Below, in pieces: positions 16,187-18,516 of a stretch of 18,516 nt of DNA. Origin of the DNA: Chthoniobacteraceae bacterium (GTDB taxonomy: Bacteria > Verrucomicrobiota > Verrucomicrobiia > Chthoniobacterales > Chthoniobacteraceae); assembly GCA_031409335.1 (NCBI GenBank), contig JANNWY010000220.1, positions 1-18,516 of the forward strand, given 5' to 3'. The notes beneath the pieces were generated by a model. That model saw only the letters and a list, made by a program, of their open reading frames with translations, was not told where the DNA came from and ran no database searches. The position numbers were made by a program, and so were the translations under genes. Every line of letters starts with the position of its first letter. The first letter of the stretch is position 1.

Positions 16187-18378
16187 GGGGCGGGTGCGCG
16201 GAGCAGGCGCAGCGCGTTGGCGATCACGATAAGGGTCGCGCCGGTGTCGGCGAGAATGGCGAGCCACAGACTCGTGTAGCCGAGCACCGCGAGAACGAGG
16301 AAGATGGCTTTGATCGCGAGGGCGAAGGCGATGTTGAATTGGATGATGCCGACGGTGCGGCGACCGAGGGCGATGGCTTCGGCGACTTTGCCGAGATCGT
16401 CCTGCATCAGCGCCACGTCGGCGGTTTCGATGGCGGTGTCGGTGCCGGCCTGGCCCATCGCGATGCCGATGCTCGCGGCGGCCATCGCGGGCGCGTCGTT
16501 CACGCCGTCGCCGATCATGCCGACGTATTTGAACTGCTCGGTGAGCGCGCGGACGCGGGCGATTTTGTCGTCGGGCAAAAGGTCGCCGTGCGCTTCGTCG
16601 ATACCGGCTTGTTTCGCGATGGCGTCGGCGGTGCGCTGGTTGTCGCCGCTGAGCATGACGACTTTCTCGACGCCCGCCGCGTGGATGGCGCGCAACGCCT
16701 CGGCAGCGTTTGGGCGGATGGTGTCGCCGACGGCGAGGATGCCGAGGACTTCGCCTTTGCAGTCGGCGTGCGGCTTGTGGCCGACGACGACCACGGACAG
16801 CGCCTCGCTTTCGATCTCGGCGAGGCGCTGCTCGATCTCGGGTGTGCAGACGCCGATCTCGTGCGCGAAGCGGTGATTGCCAACGAAGTAGCGATGACGG
16901 GCGATGGTGCCCTCTGCTCCACGCCCGCTGAGCGACTGGTAATCTTCGCTGCGCTCGAAGAGCACTTTCTTCTCCGTTGCGTAGGCGACGACGGCGAGCG
17001 CCAGCGGGTGTTCGGAATGCGTGTCGATGCCAGCAGCAATGCGGAGGATTTCTTCATCGGTTCCTTTCACCACCACGACTTTCGTCACGCGCGGTTTGCC
17101 TTCGGTAATCGTGCCGGTCTTATCCACGGCGAGCGCGCGCAGTTTGCCGATCGCTTCCAGCACCGCGCCGCCTTTGATGAGCACGCCGCGCCGGGCCATC
17201 GCGGTGAGGCCGGAGACGACGGAGACGGGCGTGGAAATGACGAGCGCGCACGGACACGCGATGACCAGCAGGACGAGGCCGCGGTAAAACCACGCGAGCC
17301 ACGCGCCGCCGAAAAGCAGCGGCGGCACGAGCATCACGAGCAGCGCGGCGACCATCACGGACGGCGTGTAGTAGCGGGCGAAGACATCGACAAAACGCTG
17401 CGACGGCGCTTTCTGCGACTGCGCCTCTTCGACCAAGTGGATGATTTTCGCGATCGTCGTGTCGGTGTGCGCCTTGGTGGTTTGGATTTCGAGCGAGCCT
17501 GCGCCGTTGATCGTCCCGGCGAAAACGGCGTCGCCCGGCTTCTTCTCCACCGGCATCGACTCGCCGGTGATCGGCGCTTGATTGATCGCGGATTCGCCTG
17601 CGGTCACGACGCCATCGAGCGGCACGCGCGAGCCGGATTTCACGGCGATGGTCGCGCCGACGGCGACTTCCGCGACTGGCACTTCACGGAAATCATTACC
17701 CTCCTTGAGCAGCGCCGTCTCCGGCGTGAGTTGCATGAGCGCCTGCACGGCCTTGCGGGCGCGGGCGAGGCTGAAGGCTTCGAGCAATTCCGAGAGCGCG
17801 AAAAGGAACGTGACCGCCGCACCTTCGGAGAATTCGCCAATCGCCATCGCGCCCGCGACGGCCACGGTCATCAGCACATTCATATCGAGCGCGAGCCGCC
17901 GCACCGCGCGCCACGCCTTCGGCGCGATGAACCAACCGCCCGCCACAATCGCGATGCCAAAAACAATGTTCGCCGCGAGCGCCGGGCCGAACTTCATCCA
18001 CTGCGCGAGCAGGCCGAGGCCCGTGAAGACACCCGAAACGGCGACGGAAATCTGCCGCATCCGTTTCGCGCCCTCCACGTCTGCAGCATCGTCTCCGTCG
18101 CGCACCGCTTTCATGCCGGTGCTCGCGACCGCGCCGATGAGCAGCTCCGGCGTCACGCTCTCGTCGTGGAAGAGCGTGACCTTCCCGCCCATGAGATTCA
18201 CCCGCACTTCGCGCACGCCTTTCAGCGGGCGAAACACCTGCTCCAGCGCCTCGACTTCATCCGCGCAATCCATGCCCGCCACCCGCAGCGTCGTCTCGAT
18301 GTTGCCCTTGGAGTCGGAGTTCAGCGCGATGTTCTTCGCTTCGTCGCCTGACTTGTGATCGTGAGGTTTGTCGCTCAT
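16183..18378 (-). CDS. cadA: Zn/Cd/Pb-translocating P1B-2 ATPase (CadA/ZntA family)
   Basis: HMA domain GMDCADE, TGES, CPCALVISTP, DKTGT, SEHP, GDGVNDAP, Lys in AIKAIF, and ADTG in the last TM. Confidence 0.93.
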   Translation of the reverse strand: MSDKPHDHKSGDEAKNIALNSDSKGNIETTLRVAGMDCADEVEALEQVFRPLKGVREVRVNLMGGKVTLFHDESVTPELLIGAVASTGMKAVRDGDDAADVEGAKRMRQISVAVSGVFTGLGLLAQWMKFGPALAANIVFGIAIVAGGWFIAPKAWRAVRRLALDMNVLMTVAVAGAMAIGEFSEGAAVTFLFALSELLEAFSLARARKAVQALMQLTPETALLKEGNDFREVPVAEVAVGATIAVKSGSRVPLDGVVTAGESAINQAPITGESMPVEKKPGDAVFAGTINGAGSLEIQTTKAHTDTTIAKIIHLVEEAQSQKAPSQRFVDVFARYYTPSVMVAALLVMLVPPLLFGGAWLAWFYRGLVLLVIACPCALVISTPVSVVSGLTAMARRGVLIKGGAVLEAIGKLRALAVDKTGTITEGKPRVTKVVVVKGTDEEILRIAAGIDTHSEHPLALAVVAYATEKKVLFERSEDYQSLSGRGAEGTIARHRYFVGNHRFAHEIGVCTPEIEQRLAEIESEALSVVVVGHKPHADCKGEVLGILAVGDTIRPNAAEALRAIHAAGVEKVVMLSGDNQRTADAIAKQAGIDEAHGDLLPDDKIARVRALTEQFKYVGMIGDGVNDAPAMAAASIGIAMGQAGTDTAIETADVALMQDDLGKVAEAIALGRRTVGIIQFNIAFALAIKAIFLVLAVLGYTSLWLAILADTGATLIVIANALRLLRAPAP

Positions 18379-18420
18379 GGAGCTTGGTGCGCCGGGACGA
18401 TGCGTGGAGTGCGCATGAAG

Positions 18421-18516
18421 TTACCGGCGCGGGCGCGCGGCGGGCGCGGGTTGGAAGAGGATGACGCGCGAGACGAACGGCTCGCCGAAAAATGGAGAGT
18501 GAACAGTCACATCGGC
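18421..18516 (-). CDS. Possible 3' end of an upstream gene (...ADVTVHSPFFGEPFVSRVILFQPAPAARPRR*)
   Basis: Frame is open from the window edge to TAA at 18423-18421, 42 nt before the ATPase start. No recognisable motif. Confidence 0.3.
   Translation of the reverse strand, partial: ADVTVHSPFFGEPFVSRVILFQPAPAARPRR

Noticed and set aside
15749..18428. Identical 10-mer AGTTACCGGC at 15749-15758 and 18419-18428, upstream of the PUR and cadA genes
   Set aside because: Distances to the start codons differ, no shared second element was seen, and one copy includes a probable stop codon. Chance cannot be excluded.

Overview
GC-rich bacterial window, apparently a copper/heavy-metal homeostasis island. 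Lineage is inferred as possibly Verrucomicrobiota, from a PUR-family gene and A/C-rich leaders with few Shine-Dalgarno motifs. The left part (1-8704, all + strand) carries three tiny His/Met-bearing lipoprotein genes around an SSADH-type aldehyde dehydrogenase, a stand-alone YHS protein and a very Met-rich exported protein. A decayed-looking insert follows: a lipoprotein with an in-frame TAA, a Cys-rich CBM48-like protein, a 24-codon GH15 relic and a ROK kinase. Next is a tightly coupled four-gene module: His/Met-rich membrane-anchored protein, FAD/NAD(P)H-2Fe2S reductase, di-heme-b-like membrane protein and heptaheme cytochrome c. This looks like an uncharacterised trans-membrane electron conduit linked to metal handling and is the best candidate for a new system. 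The centre holds a VIT1/CCC1 transporter and a CorE-like Cys-tailed ECF sigma factor divergent from a Cu(I) P1B-ATPase. The right part holds a SAM methyltransferase, a secreted cupin, a hypothetical protein, an Asp-box protein with CECC/GCP motifs, a PUR-family protein, a His-rich membrane protein and a Zn/Cd P1B-ATPase. No rRNA, tRNA, CRISPR array, transposase or integrase was seen. All family calls come from motif recognition by eye, without database searches.
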